Source of the DNA: the human T2T-CHM13v2.0 reference genome, Homo sapiens
Direction: 5' to 3' (one strand)
DNA: 64,000 bases
Assembly: GCF_009914755.1 (NCBI RefSeq)
Contig: NC_060926.1
Shown here: piece after piece, positions 30,313 to 43,109 of the stretch
Layout of the letters: every line of letters starts with the position of its first letter
How positions within the stretch are numbered: the first letter of the stretch is position 1
Notes under the pieces: model-generated
The model's input: only the letters and a program-made list of their open reading frames with translations
Told to the model about the DNA's origin: nothing
The model's database searches: none
Made by a program: the position numbers and the translations under genes

Positions 30313-30632
30313 TAAAAAATTTTTATGATTAATTTTTGTGGGTATGTAGTAGGTGTATATATTTATGGGGCACATGAGATGTTTTGATATAGGCATGCAA
30401 TGTGTAATCACATCGTGGAAGACGGGGTATTTATCCCTCAATCATGTATCCTTTGTGTTACAATCCAATTATACTCTTTCAGTTATTTTTACATGTACAA
30501 TTAAATTATATTGTCTATAGTCTCCCTGTTATGCAATTAAATACTAGGCCCTATTCACTCATTCTAACTATTTTTTGTACCCATTAATCATCCTCACCTC
30601 CCCCCACCCTCCACTACCCTTCCCAGCCTCTG
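30313..30632 (-). mobile_element. L1MA-type 3' end with TSD ccaactaatttt
   Basis: gtaggtgtatatatttatgggg.acatgagatgttttgata...cccttcccagcctctg, with direct repeats at 30301 and 30633. Confidence 0.8.
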
Positions 30633-30880
30633 CCAACTAATTTTTGACAAAGGCACAACAGCAATTTAATGAAAGAAGAATAGCCTTTTCAACAAATAGT
30701 GCTCGAGCAATTGGACATCTGTATATAAAACAGTGAACCTCTAAATTTTATACCTTATATAAAATTAACTCAAAATAGATCACAGATTTAAATATAAAAA
30801 GTAAAATTATAAAACTTTTAGAAAAAAATAGGAGAAAATCTTTAGGATCTAGGACTTGACAGTGAGTTCTTAGTCTTTAA
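30633..30880 (+). mobile_element. Older L1M ORF2 fragment
   Basis: tttgacaaaggcac...ccttttcaacaaatagtgct...aaaattaactcaaaatagatcacagatttaaat. Confidence 0.75.
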
Positions 30881-31447
30881 AAAAATCCATTTGAGTATTT
30901 TATTCAAATAATAATGAAGTATTCAGAAAAACAAAGAATTATCAGCAGTCACCATGTGCACATTGACTGCATGTCCTGGATTTTCTGATTCAGTTTCTCT
31001 TTCAATTATTTTATTCTACTTTCCCACTAGGTGTCTTATGCCTAGAATAAATGCACTGCATTGTTCCATATAATTATGGGTTATACCAATTTTGAACCTA
31101 ATTGAAAAAGGAGGTAAAACCTAAATAACTAGATATTTTTAGAATCTAAAAAATATTTTGAATAGACATATTTCTCCAGATTTGGTTTCAAAGGCAGAAA
31201 GAGAGTGAGACAGTCATCATCATTACCAAATAATACATGATAACAGACGTCTTAAAATTATCCAATATTGATTGGAAAACGTTTTTTGAAAGGTACAATT
31301 AAGCTACTCAAATGTTTGAAGATTTTCATGAGCTAAATTTTAGTGCTAAGAGCAGGTTGTTGCATTTAATGTTTAAAACAGATATCTTCTGGAATGTAGG
31401 ATGATGATTAAGGGATAACATCAGCTTTAGGAGAAGAGATTTTAGTA

Positions 31448-31525
31448 TAGCTGTTCCTCAATTTATGATGAGATTAACCTATCATAAAGTCGGAAAATTC
31501 TAAGTCAAACCATTGTAAGTTAGTT
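31448..31525. mobile_element. Tiny internally deleted MER47-like (TcMar-Tigger) remnant
   Basis: ttcctcaatttatgatg...aaagtcggaaaattctaagtcaaaccattgtaagt resembles both MER47 ends. Confidence 0.45.
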
Positions 31526-31569
31526 TCGGCCACCACAGCTATTTTTTTTTTTTTTTGGAACATTTCTGG

Positions 31570-31750
31570 ATTTTTAAAAATCAACAAATCAAAATTGTAT
31601 ATTTTGATTATGTACAACATGTTTTGAAATATATAGACTTGAGGGCACGGCTGAATTGAGCTAATTAACATGTGCATTACCTCACCATTAGCTTTTTTTT
31701 TTTTTTTGTGGTGAGAACATGTAAAATCTACTCTCTTAGCAATTTTCGAG
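31570..31750 (-). mobile_element. L1MA-type 3' fragment
   Basis: aacatgttttgaaatatatag...gtggtgagaacat.taaaatctactctcttagcaatttt. Confidence 0.7.
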
Positions 31751-32167
31751 GTCTTTTTTTCTTTTTAGTTCATACATTTTCCTAAAATACTCTTGGACTA
31801 CTTAGGGTTTTATCCTTCAGGTGGATCTTAGCAATTCTTTTTCTCATGGGGTTTTTAATGAAACTAACATTATAAATAAAACTTTGATGAAAACAAGTTC
31901 CTCTTTTATCTTATTAATATTTTTCAATTTGTACATTTGCAAGCATAAAGTATCTTCTTTCACGTGTTAGGGGAGATAGGGAAATCTGGAGTTGGTGAGA
32001 AGCAATTAAATTCAGAATGTCCTGTGTAAATGATTTACCAACTGTAGTGCAGATTAACAGACCTGCCTGCCATGGGATGCTGTTTAGTAATCTACAGTCT
32101 TTGAAAGTACTTGCCAACACCTGGTTCTAAGAATGCATCTTGTTATTTCATAGTCTAGCGGTTACTC

Positions 32168-32380
32168 CAAGGTTCAGCACTATAGCCCACAAGCCAAATA
32201 TGCAGCCTGTTATTATAAATAAAGTTTTATTGGAACATAATCATGTTTATTCACTTGAATATTGTCTAAGGCTACTTCTCCACTACAACGGCAGTTTGAG
32301 TAGCCACAGCAGAGATTGTATGGTTCACAACGCCTGAAATATTTTCTGTCTGACCCTTTGCATGAAAGCTTTGCAGAGCA
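32168..32380. mobile_element. MER58A-like remnant
   Basis: ataaataaagttttattggaacata...gcagtttgagtagccacagcagagattgtatgg. Confidence 0.7.
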
Positions 32381-32934
32381 CCACCTACCCTCCATCCCCC
32401 ATCTAGTCAAAGACAGTGACTGGGTTATCTCCTTGGGTTACTGAATCTGGAATCTGATACACTTTGCAATTGCAAGGATTAGTGGACAGTGGAAGTCCTG
32501 TGGGCTCATGATAGAGCTTTTTGATTTGTTTTCCTTATTGGAAGGTGTTGTGTTTATATAATAAAAATTGTAATAAAACACAATTATAATAAAAATAAAA
32601 TTATTTAAAGATTAATTATAATAAAAAATTAATGGAGGTACTGTGTTTATAAGAAAGTCATTTTTTGTAAGCTATCTAAAGTTGTTAAAACTAATTTGCA
32701 GTATAAAAACCATTTAGGAATATATACAGGTTAAATGCTACATGCTTTAATTATCTCTAAAATTCTTGTTCCAAAACTTTCTTAATTTCAGAGGAAAAAT
32801 CTTAGCAATTCCTTTATTTTTGGGGCTTTAGGTCTGTGAGTTGGCGGTGATTCTGTGTCTGATACTGTGTTACTATTCCCTAGTTTTGTTGGTGTTAGGC
32901 CAGTGAAGAATGGGGCCCAATTGGCAACTCGGCA

Positions 32935-33086
32935 TACCTGCTGCCTGCTGGCAGGCTTATTAAAGCACAGATTGCTGGGCACCACCCTCAGAGGTTTTGA
33001 TTCACAAGCATAGATGAACTCAAGAATTTGCATTTCCAGGAAGTTCCCAAGTGACACGTTGATCCCAATGGTACCCTTGAGAACCT
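32935..33086. mobile_element. MER5A-like remnant
   Basis: cagattgctgggcaccaccctcagaggttttgattc...agaatttgcatttccaggaagttcccaagtga. Confidence 0.7.
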
Positions 33087-33336
33087 ATGTAGTAGATGAT
33101 TAGCACTGCCATTTCCCAAGCTTGGGGTTTGTGAAGAAGAGTTATTACTATCCCTGTTTTATAGATGAGGAAACTGAAGCAAAGAGAGACTTCAGTAAAT
33201 TGCCTGAGGTTTCATAGCTAGGAAATGGCGGTGTTGGGACTGGCTTCAAACCCAGGCAATCCATGGGATATTTTAGAGTAAAAATAAAAATGAAAACCAC
33301 TACAAGAGAAACCACTACAATGAAAACCACCACACA

Positions 33337-33543
33337 CACTGGTGTACTGGCAAATGTTTAACAATCAGCTCTTAAAAACAAAACAAAACAAAACAAAAAG
33401 CCCAGATTTGAAGCATTCACATGGCATAGATACTCCCACCATAGTCTATTTCAAGGTCCCAGGGGAATGTCTTTGAAGCCCTAAACTGGGGAGAGATGCA
33501 CATAGCTCCTGAGCTAGTGCAAGCCAGCTCCAGCTCACCACTA
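33337..33543. mobile_element. MER63-like hAT-Blackjack remnant
   Basis: cactggtgtactggcaaatgtttaacaa start and gccagctccagctcaccact end form imperfect inverted termini. Confidence 0.55.
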
Positions 33544-34139
33544 GATACGTGCCAAGGTTACCACACTCCAATTAAATGAGTTCACAAGGCTGCAGAACCT
33601 GGGACCTGGCAGTGGATTCTCGGTTATGTCAGCTGTTCCTTCTCTCATGTAACAATGAATGAGCAATAATTGAAACCAACACTCATGCTCGAATGCCCAA
33701 CACGAGTAGAATTTTGGACATCCTGATATGTGGGTAATGGCTTGCATAAACACTGCTATTCTGGAGGATGACAGGTTTTCAAAATTCTGCTTAAGATTCC
33801 TGACCATGAGATGTTGTAATTAGTAGATGGTATCTAGTAAATCAGGTGCCAGGTGCCATAATTCTGTGTGGCCAGGCTAACCCATCAGTGGTGTTTTGAA
33901 AGAATTAATGCTACTGCATCTATTTCCTATTCCTAATGTCCCTCAGGCCCCTATAGTACTGTTAGCAGTCTGGCAGGCCTTTTTTTTTAGGACAACTGAG
34001 AGATTTTATCTTGGGAATGTTGAACCTTGTACAGTCTTTCTCTCCAGCTCACTATTGAACAGATAGGAAACTCCAGTCTACAAAGCATGTGGATTATTTT
34101 GGGTTATCTTTAGGCAAATATAGTAAAATTAAAGAACTA

Positions 34140-34278
34140 GGCTGGGTACAGTGGCTCACGCCTCTAATCCCAACACTTTGGGAGGCTGAAGTGAGAGGAT
34201 TGCTTGAGTCCAGGAGTTCAAGAGCAGCTTGGGCAACATAGTGAGACCACCATCTCAAAAAAATTAGAAAAGAAAAAG
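34140..34278 (+). mobile_element. Alu monomer (FLAM_C-like), TSD aaagaacta
   Basis: Single left-arm-like monomer with A-rich tail. Confidence 0.85.
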
Positions 34279-34664
34279 AACTAATATTAGGGTGGATATC
34301 TACAGTCTGCAAGCACAATCAATGTTATTTAATGGATATAATGATGGAAGATTTAAGTCTTAATTAAAGTGATAAGCTCAGTAAACAACCTGAATGGCTT
34401 TTGTGGCTCATGACATTTGACTATGATGAGAAAAGTGACATACTCCTCACCTTCATGGATCTTACAGAATCAAGTCAAATAAATACAGTGCAGTATATGT
34501 TCAGAAATATATGTATGTGTATGTATAGAAGAAATGCAGATTGGCGTGACAATTCTGTCTAATAGGTTGGAAAGATTTCATAAAGAAGATGAAACTTGAC
34601 CACAAAATAGTATAAAATTAATGTCTGCATATTGTAGAAGTCATAATAGCTGGTGATTCAGGAA

Positions 34665-35605
34665 CTTTTTATTGTAGTAAAATATGTAGCATAAAATTTA
34701 TCATTTTAACTGCTTTGAAGTGTCCACTTCTGTATCATTAAGTGCATTCACATTGTTTGGTATCCATCACCACCATGCATTTCCAGAACCTTTCCATCTT
34801 TCAAAGTGAAATTCTGTAACCACTAAACACAACTCTTCCCATTTCCTCCTCCTTACAGACCCTGATAACCACCATTCTACCTTCTGTCTTTATACATTTG
34901 ACTACTTTGCATACCTCATATCTCATATAAGTGAAATCATACAGTATTTGTTTTTTGTTCTTTTGTGCCTAGCTTATTTCACTTTAAAATGATGCCTTCA
35001 GGGTCCATCTGTGTCATTACATGTGTCAGAATTTCCTTCCTTTTTAAGGCTGAATAATATTCCATTGTATGGATATAACCCTTTTTTAAATATATTCATT
35101 CATTCATTGATGGACACTTGGGTTGCTTCCGCATTTTGGCTACATGCTGCTATGGACATGGTTGTACAGTATCTTAGCCTGTGATTTTAGTTCTTTTGGG
35201 GCATATACCTAAAAGTGGAATTGTTGGATCATATGGCAATCTATTTTTAGTTTTTTGTTTGTTTGAGATGGAGTTTTGCTCTTGTTGCCCAGGCTGGAGT
35301 GCAGTGGCACGAGCTCAGCTCGCTGCAGCCTTCACCTCCCAGGTTCAAGCAATTCTCCTGCCTCAGCCTCTTGAGTAGCTGAGATTACAGGCAAGTACCA
35401 TCACATTCAGCTAATGTTTTGTATTTTTATTAGAGACCTCAGGTGATCTGCCCACCTCTTCCTCCCAAAGTGCTGGGATTACAGGTGTGAGCCACCATGC
35501 CCAGCCTATTTTTAGTTGCTTTTTTTTTTGTTTTTTTTTTTTTGCCGTACTGTTCTCCACAGGACCTACATCATTTTCTATTCCCACCAGCAATGCACAA
35601 GGGTT
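34665..35605 (-). mobile_element. L1MB-type 3' region interrupted by an Alu
   Basis: ccttcctttttaaggctgaataatattccattgtatggata...cattgatggacacttgggttgcttcc...cccaccagcaatgcacaaggg. Confidence 0.85.
35251..35506 (-). mobile_element. Alu with internal left-arm deletion, TSD ctatttttagtt
   Basis: ttagagac|ctcaggtgatc junction lacks the usual caccatgttggccaggctggtctc segment. Confidence 0.9.
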
Positions 35606-37264
35606 GGTTCAAGGACATTTTTAACCCAAGTCATTTTGTCTGCTTTAGCCAACTCCTCAGAATGCCTTGACTCAGTGCAGAAATGGTTGTTTTGACAGGA
35701 AATTGCTCCAGAGAACAGGACATGTACTGTTGAAATCATATAGTGCCTTAGTAAGAATTTGTACACACCTAGGGATTTATGAGTCATCATTTAAGGTCAC
35801 AAAGTAGGGCAAAATATTTTGTTATGTCTTATTGTTGCCAAAAAGTCTTAGCACTGTGCTGACAATTGGTATCTGTTAGCAGTCATTGAAACCATATTTC
35901 CCAGTATTATTTTTCTGTTAAAATATGAGCTATGACATTATCTAATCTTTCTTTCAAAACATGTTGGCAAAGGCCAGAAACCAAGTGATGAATCAAAAAG
36001 TGACTGACAAGTCTTGGAAAATTATTACTGGTGAAATGATCACTTACTATGCATTTAAGGTTTTTCCATGTCTTTTCATGGCCTTGATAGCTCATATCTT
36101 TTTTGCACTGAATAATATTCTTACTGATATTTTTAAGATCCTTTTTGTCGTTGCATAGACTAGTTTCTAGAATTCTTGTCTGTTCCATTTGCTTTTCCTG
36201 GCCCTGTACTACTACTATTAACCAGGGAAGCTGTTAAATAGCTTTAGTGTGTGATAAGTAAAGTATCTTTCATTATTTTTTAGAATATTCTTTGTTATTC
36301 TCATATGTTTACTCTTCCAGATGAACTTACTTTTTTTCTTTCTTTCCTTCCTTCCTTTCTTTGTTTTGTTTCTTTCTATTCTTTCTTTCGCTCCTTGTGG
36401 AGCAAAGTTAACCCATAAGCAGTGCATCCAGAGTAGCCCAGATGAACTTTAAAATAATATTGCCAAGTCATTAAAAATCCTGTTATGATTTTGGTAACGA
36501 TTACATTAAATTGTGTCAATATGAGAGTAATAAGTGTTTTACAATATTTAGTTCACTGTAAAACTTACTTCAGATACAAAATTCAGATGTAGAGCTAAAC
36601 AAAGTAAAAGATATGATTCCTTCTTCATTCTTTCTTTTCCCTTTTCCCACCCATCAGGTTTGATGGCTGTCCACATCAAGGATGAGGGTTTGTCTTATTC
36701 ATTTACTTAGTAAGGGGCCTAAGAAGAGTGGAGAGAGATTAGAGGCTTGATGAGTTGAAATCAGGAAACTTGCATCTAGGATTTTCTAATGAGGTTCCTC
36801 CAAATTCTCTGTAAATAGTTACGCAAATATTTAAAAAGACAAACTGTCAATAACCCAAACACTAGCTTCAAACAGAATAATACAATGTCAAACTATAGAG
36901 GACTAAACCCTAATTTTATGAAAGCTATATATCTCAAATTGAGGAAAATCTAGCCAAGTTTTGATTATGACAAACCTTATCTTCACTTACAGAAAAGGAG
37001 TTGGCTTTTCTTACAATTTGTCCTCACACTTTGAGATCCCTGTAGGTCCCAATTAGAAAAAGTGGCAGCGTTCCAAGGGATGGGCAGGGGGTTCAGATGT
37101 TCCTCATAGACAAGGAGTGACACTCCAGGTGGATCACTCCATTATTCCTTTGCTTGGGACTGTGGACACACATTCTTCTTAGACCATAGGGTCACTCTCA
37201 GGGTGTGCTTAACTTATTGCTGTCAGATGTATCTGCCATAGAGAGGGTAAGGGAGGCAGGATGA

Positions 37265-37591
<327 letters not shown>

Positions 37592-37639
37592 TAACTGTCA
37601 CTTACAGACTGTAGATTCCAGCGTGATTTAGAGAAATGT

Positions 37640-38440
37640 AAAGGGAAATGGAAATAGAACTTTAAAAGGAGAATTATATCTTTCAAATTATTGTCAAATA
37701 TAAAAGGCTATTAAAACCATATGAAAGTCAGTATGCTGCAAAAGCCAGATTACCAAGCAAAGCCATCAAGCATTAAAGGAAACAAAGAAGAACCAAAAAA
37801 ATAGAAAGTACAAAATGATATGGCAGGGGTAAGATCAATTATTAGTTATAACATTAAATAGAAATTGGAAATACTTCACTAAAATTAGATTTTTTGAACA
37901 ATTCAACCTGATCATTACTAGAGGGACACATAATATAAAATATACAGGAAGTTTAAATGGGAAGGATGGACAAAGTTTATTTAATCACTTGCAAGCAGAA
38001 AGGGAAGAGATGATATCAGATAAAGCAAAACAAAAAGTGTTAAAAGGAATGAAAAGGGTCATTTTTATAATGATCAAGACTAAATGTATAACTATTACAG
38101 ACTCTTTTGTGATAAATCTCATTGTTCCAAAATATACTGAGTACAACCTAAACGTCCCAAAAGAAGAATGGTTAAATGTATTGTGGTATATCTGTGTGGT
38201 AGTCTTATTTGTAATGGTTAAGAATGGTATTGTTGAAGTTTCTTTGTTTATCAAAAAAGCCATTAGTGATATATTGTTGATCAAAAAACCATACTGCAGA
38301 TAGTGTGAATATTATGCTTCTACTTTGATTAAAGTAGAACCAAAAATGTTAACAAGGGTTATCTCTCAGTGATGTAACTGGAGTCAATTTAAATATTTTC
38401 AACTGTACTTTTAATCTTTTCCTATAGTTTATATAGTAAA
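37640..38440 (+). mobile_element. Highly degraded L1M fragments
   Basis: A-rich + strand with caacctaaacgtcccaaaagaagaatggttaaatgtattgtggtata. Confidence 0.5.
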
Positions 38441-38454
38441 TTATCATTATACCC

Positions 38455-38850
38455 AAATATCTACTGCCTCGCCTACTGGGAGAACTATAGTTTCATGCAT
38501 CATTGACTCACCTAGGCCATGTGACTCGTTTTGGCCAATAAAACGTGAGTGAGCTAACCTGTACCACCTACAAGCAAAAGCTCTAAGAACCATCCCATGG
38601 TTCTGCAATGGCTCTTTGCCCTGCCTCTCCTGGGGGCTGTTTGTTAAGCCTGGAATGAAGAGCACTCAAGGTAGGTCTGCAGCTGACCTAAAGGACATGT
38701 AAATGAGCTAAAAATAAACCTTTCTTGTAAGCCTCTTGGAAGCAGAGAGACGGGGCCCTAACCTACTGGTGCCTTGATTTATCAGCCTTCAGGACTGTGA
38801 GAAAGACATTTGGGGCTTGGTTGTGACTCATTGCAACTTAGCCCAGGGCA
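38455..38850. mobile_element. MLT1-type MaLR LTR fragment
   Basis: ggccatgtgactcgttttggccaataaaa...aaataaacctttcttgtaagcc...cttcaggactgtgaga. Confidence 0.55.
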
Positions 38851-40812
38851 AGTGGTCCCCAATCTTAAGTGTTTTTCTGGACACATACAATTTATGATGC
38901 CTTTGAACAGCAAGTTCTAGAAGTCTTCCCTACCAGCTTTTGCTTTAATTAGGTCCCTGGGTCATAAATCTGAGATTTATGCCACTCAATGAAAATGCAA
39001 ATGTTACAGCACTTAGCAATACTTGTAGTGTTCCCACTGTTACAAAGGAAGAATGAGACAGAAAAATTAGATGTTCAGCTCTCTCATATTGCTGTTATTT
39101 TCAGTCACAATACGTTTCTCATTGAGTATAGTAATTATGTTGGTGTTGTGTTGACTTTAAAATTTATGGCCTTTCTTTGGTTTAGAATATTGTTTAGGCA
39201 ATTTCTGAAAATGTTCTTTCGTAGAGATGACTTTTTTTTATGTTATAGCAGTTCCTACACTCTAAAGAATAACCTTCTCTCAGAGTTTAGACTTACTTTT
39301 ATAATGCATTTGAAAAAGAGCAGGTGGTCAAACACTTGATTGAAAATTGGTTGGAATAATCTTTAAAGGGCATCTCATTCAACTTTATATTAAGTACTTG
39401 AAACCCTTTCTGTTAAAAAAAATAACAAAAATTAATAGAAACAACAACAATAACCTCAAAAACAATTCTTGGAATGAATTAAGTTCTCTTACTTTTTCTT
39501 CATTTTGCTATTATTCAACATATTTAAACTGTAGTTCAACTGAAATGTTGCCCTTTTATCATAAACAAGTTATCCTGAAAATGCCATTTTAAATTAAAAC
39601 AAAAATCAAGGTGTTAGCATTGATGTTAATGAAAAAAGTACAGTTTTTTAAATGAAAAAATCCAGCAGAGGAAATATACCTTGGATTGAATTTACTTCCA
39701 AATGGATTTCAGTTTAATGAGTTAGGTTGTTACAACCTCATCCCTTGGAAGCACTTGAACGCATCACAAAAGTACCTCCTTTTTGGCTCAAGAGTCAGTA
39801 TCTACTTGTAAAACATCTGGGACCAGAAAACTAAGTACTTCAAATCAAGGATCCGAACAGTGTCTGTGCATTCTGTTTGCTGGCACCACAGCTTGGAATC
39901 AGAAACTTCACTCACTTATTAGAATGCCTTCATAAAACAAAAAGATTAGATGATCATCTGTCAAGTGGAGGTTTATTACTACCTTTTGCCAATAATGAAT
40001 GAAACTATCTCTAGCTCACAGAAGAGATATACAGCGCTTTCCATTTCTGTTTGTCCAAAGGCTAGTTTTGTTTCAAGAGAAAGTCTCCCAGTTTGGAGGG
40101 AAAGTAGCTTTCATTTTTCCTGCGGTGACAGTGAAGTTGAAATTTTAAGACTGGATTACAAGTTCTATTCACTAGAATGTCCAGTTTTCACAGTTTACAA
40201 AAATTCCCCCTGTAATTATTGGGATTGTTCTTTTAGGTATTCTCTATAAACAGGTGACCATTAAAATCCTGAATAACACATTCAGGGTGACATAATCCAT
40301 TATTAAAAATATAACTATAGGACCATATAAAATTTCATTTACTGGCACATATGAAATTTACATGATCTTAAAGGATCTGATTAATATATCTGTATCATTA
40401 CCATAGTCTATTAAACATTTACATCTCCAGCCTAGATTTCCCTGAGCTCCAGACCTACATTTCCAAGAGTTTGTCTCCAACTGAATGTCTTCAGCAATGT
40501 CTCTAACCACAGTCATGACTTTCCCATGGATCTTGGATTTCCTTTGACCATTTCTTGCTCAGAATGCCAGAGACCTGAGATTTAGCCTCAACCCTGCCTC
40601 CCCGACCATGTCCAGTCACAGGACACAGGACTCAATGTTGGAATTTCTGCCAGCACTCTCCCATCCTCTCCTGAGTCCTGATTGGGCCCTCCTCATCGTC
40701 TTTACTTCCCCACTTGGAGTCTCCCCACAGCTGCCAAAATCACCCTTTAGTAACACAAATCTGGTTACGTCTCGATGGCTTCTCATGCTTATGATAAAAA
40801 TCAAAATGCCAA

Positions 40813-41557
40813 TGTCTTAGTCCACTTGTGCTTCTATAACAGAATACCCAAGACTGGGTAAGTTATAAAGAACATAAATTTCTTTCTCACAGTTCCGAAG
40901 GCTGGGAAATCAAGGCACCAGCAGGTTAGGGCCCTGTCTCTCTGCTCCCAAGAGGCACTTCAAATGCTGCATCCTCTGGAGAGGAGGAACCTCATGTCGT
41001 CATATGGCAGGAAAGCAGAAGAGAGAGAACCCACTCCCACAAGCTGTATCAGTCAATTCTCATGCTGCTAATAAAGACATACCCAAGAGCACCTAATTTA
41101 TAAAGGAAAGAGGTTTAATTGACTCACGGTTCTGCATGGCTGGGGAGGCCTTAGGAAACTTATAATCATGGCAGAAGGGGAAGCAAACACTTCCTTCTTC
41201 ACATGTCAGCAGCGAGGAGAAATGCCAAACAAAAGAGGAGAAAGCCCCTTACAAAACCATCAGGTCTGACCTCTCATGAGGACAGGATGAGGGTAACCGC
41301 CCCCAAGATCAAATTACTTCTCATCTGGTTCCTCCCATGACATATGGGGATTATGGGAACTACAATTCAGGATGAGATGTGGGTGGGAACACAACCAAAC
41401 CATATCACAAGCTGTTTATATAGTGGCACTAACCTAGTCACAAGGGCTCCACCCTCATGACCTAAACACCTCCCATTAGGCCTCACTTCCCAATACTGTT
41501 GCGTTGGGGTTAGGTTTCTAACACATGAATTTTGGTGCACATATTCAGACCATAGCA
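40813..41557. mobile_element. MLT1A/MST-type MaLR solo LTR split by a THE1 LTR
   Basis: TGtcttagtcc...tataacagaatacccaagactgggtaa start and cacatattcagaccatagCA end. Confidence 0.8.
41045..41407. mobile_element. THE1-type solo LTR with TSD caagc
   Basis: TG...CA ends, gctgctaataaagacatacccaaga and ggattatgggaactacaattcaggatgagat motifs, caagc at 41040 and 41408. Confidence 0.9.
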
Positions 41558-42852
41558 ACTGTCATGGCCTACAAGGTCCTGCAGGGACTGGTCTCTGCAT
41601 TTCTTTGACCACCATATCGCCATATCTCTGACTCTAGTCATATTGGCTACCACTCATCTGTTGATCATGTCACGCCAGACACCCTGGTACTTAGTAAACC
41701 GCTCATTCTTTGGACCTCAGCTCTAACTCCCAGATCCATTAGTTCACCTCAGTCACTGTCTTCATAATGCCCATATATCTCCATCTTTTTTTGTTTATCT
41801 GATTCAGTGTCTCACCCTCTGGACTGAAGTTCAGGTCTCACTTTTTTGTGGCCTAAAAATTGATTTCTGTTTCCTGCTAGCAGCTTTCCTTCCCAGCCTG
41901 TGCTAACAAGCCTACACAAGTGTTCTGGTGTTCTGTACTTCCTCCAAGAAGATATTAGCATTAAGATGGGGGCTAGAATGTGACCTTCTTCTTGTAAGAG
42001 GATAAAGTTCACTTTAATTGTCTATCTTTTGGGAAATATCATTTTTTAAGCTTTTAATGTTATACCATAGTGCTTACCTTTTAACATTTTTTAGCATAGC
42101 TGTGTTGGAGACAAGGCCAATTTAAGAGCTTCTCTCTGACACAAGCTTTAACCTTAATACTAACAATGCAAACCTTCCTTACATGAATCCAAGTAAAAAA
42201 ATTGAAGTGGCTGTTGGCTGTGCATAAGTGAAGGAACTCCATTTACCCCTGCTCTAAGATAACCTGTCAATCTGTAGATGTTTGCGAGCATGTTGGTTGT
42301 TGAGAGTCACATGTAGGCATGCTGTAGTTTTGAGGTACAAATAAATGTGGATATATGTATTCCTGGATCCTTCACAAATGCTGGATCACAGGATGCACAC
42401 AATGTGTTAACTCTTTTGTAACTGACTACTTTGTGTTGGATTAACCGTCACATACATGACATAGCTAAACTAAACTGAAGACAAACATGGACCGAGCTCT
42501 TATTCTAGTCCATTGGGTAGGAGAGATTACGTTTCCGGAGGAGAATCTGGCGTCTTTAGCATCAGGGTCTCAAATATAGCGTTATAATCTGCTTTAAAAC
42601 AAAGAAAATGCAAGAGGAGAGAATATGACTTTAGTACATGATTTCTTCCCATTTTGCTTGTTAACAGTCCTTTTTTTTTTTTTTTTACATACTGATACTT
42701 TCATCTTCCGCCTTAAAATCTAGAGGAAGAAGTATTTCCTAATGTGTCAGAGTTCCTCCTCTCACTAACACAAATTAATATTTCATCCTAAAGATAATGA
42801 TTTTAATTTGACTTTTAATTACTTATATGAGGCTTGTTTGTTTTGCTTTTAG

Positions 42853-43007
42853 GTGGTTTGGACACCCTCAATATTGCCTGCTCTTTTCTAGTCAAACCTG
42901 ATTCATGAAATGGAATGAAGCTGAAAAATCATCTACTTCTTTGTTTGTGGATTTGAGAGAAGATTGGGATGGTCTTAAGTGCATAAAACGAGACTCTAAC
43001 TGCAGCG
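42853..43007 (+). other. OSBPL6: 5'UTR portion (155 nt) of the OSBPL6 start-codon exon
   Basis: Acceptor ttgtttgttttgcttttAG ends at 42852. The sequence is contiguous with the ATG at 43008. Confidence 0.85.
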
Positions 43008-43109
43008 ATGAGTTCAGATGAGAAGGGCATTTCCCCTGCTCATAAAACATCCACTCCAACCCATAGAAGTGCCTCCTCTTCAACATCCTCCCAAAGGGAC
43101 AGTAGGCAG
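43008..43109 (+). CDS. OSBPL6: OSBPL6/ORP6 first coding segment, MSSDEKGISPAHKTSTPTHRSASSSTSSQRDSRQ (34 aa)
   Basis: Manual translation matches the ORP6 N-terminus as I recall it. Start context gcgATGa. Phase-0 donor CAG|GTAAGA at 43110 joins in frame to the exon at 60983. Confidence 0.95.

Noticed and set aside
36655-37245. Possible ERV1-type LTR fragment
   Set aside because: The composition is suggestive, but I cannot assign termini, TSD or family from the sequence alone.
42994-43005. ctctaactgcAG just before the main ATG, as an acceptor that would skip all uORFs
   Set aside because: The CTAAC branch-like motif is too close to the AG and there is no real pyrimidine tract. Attractive but unsupported.
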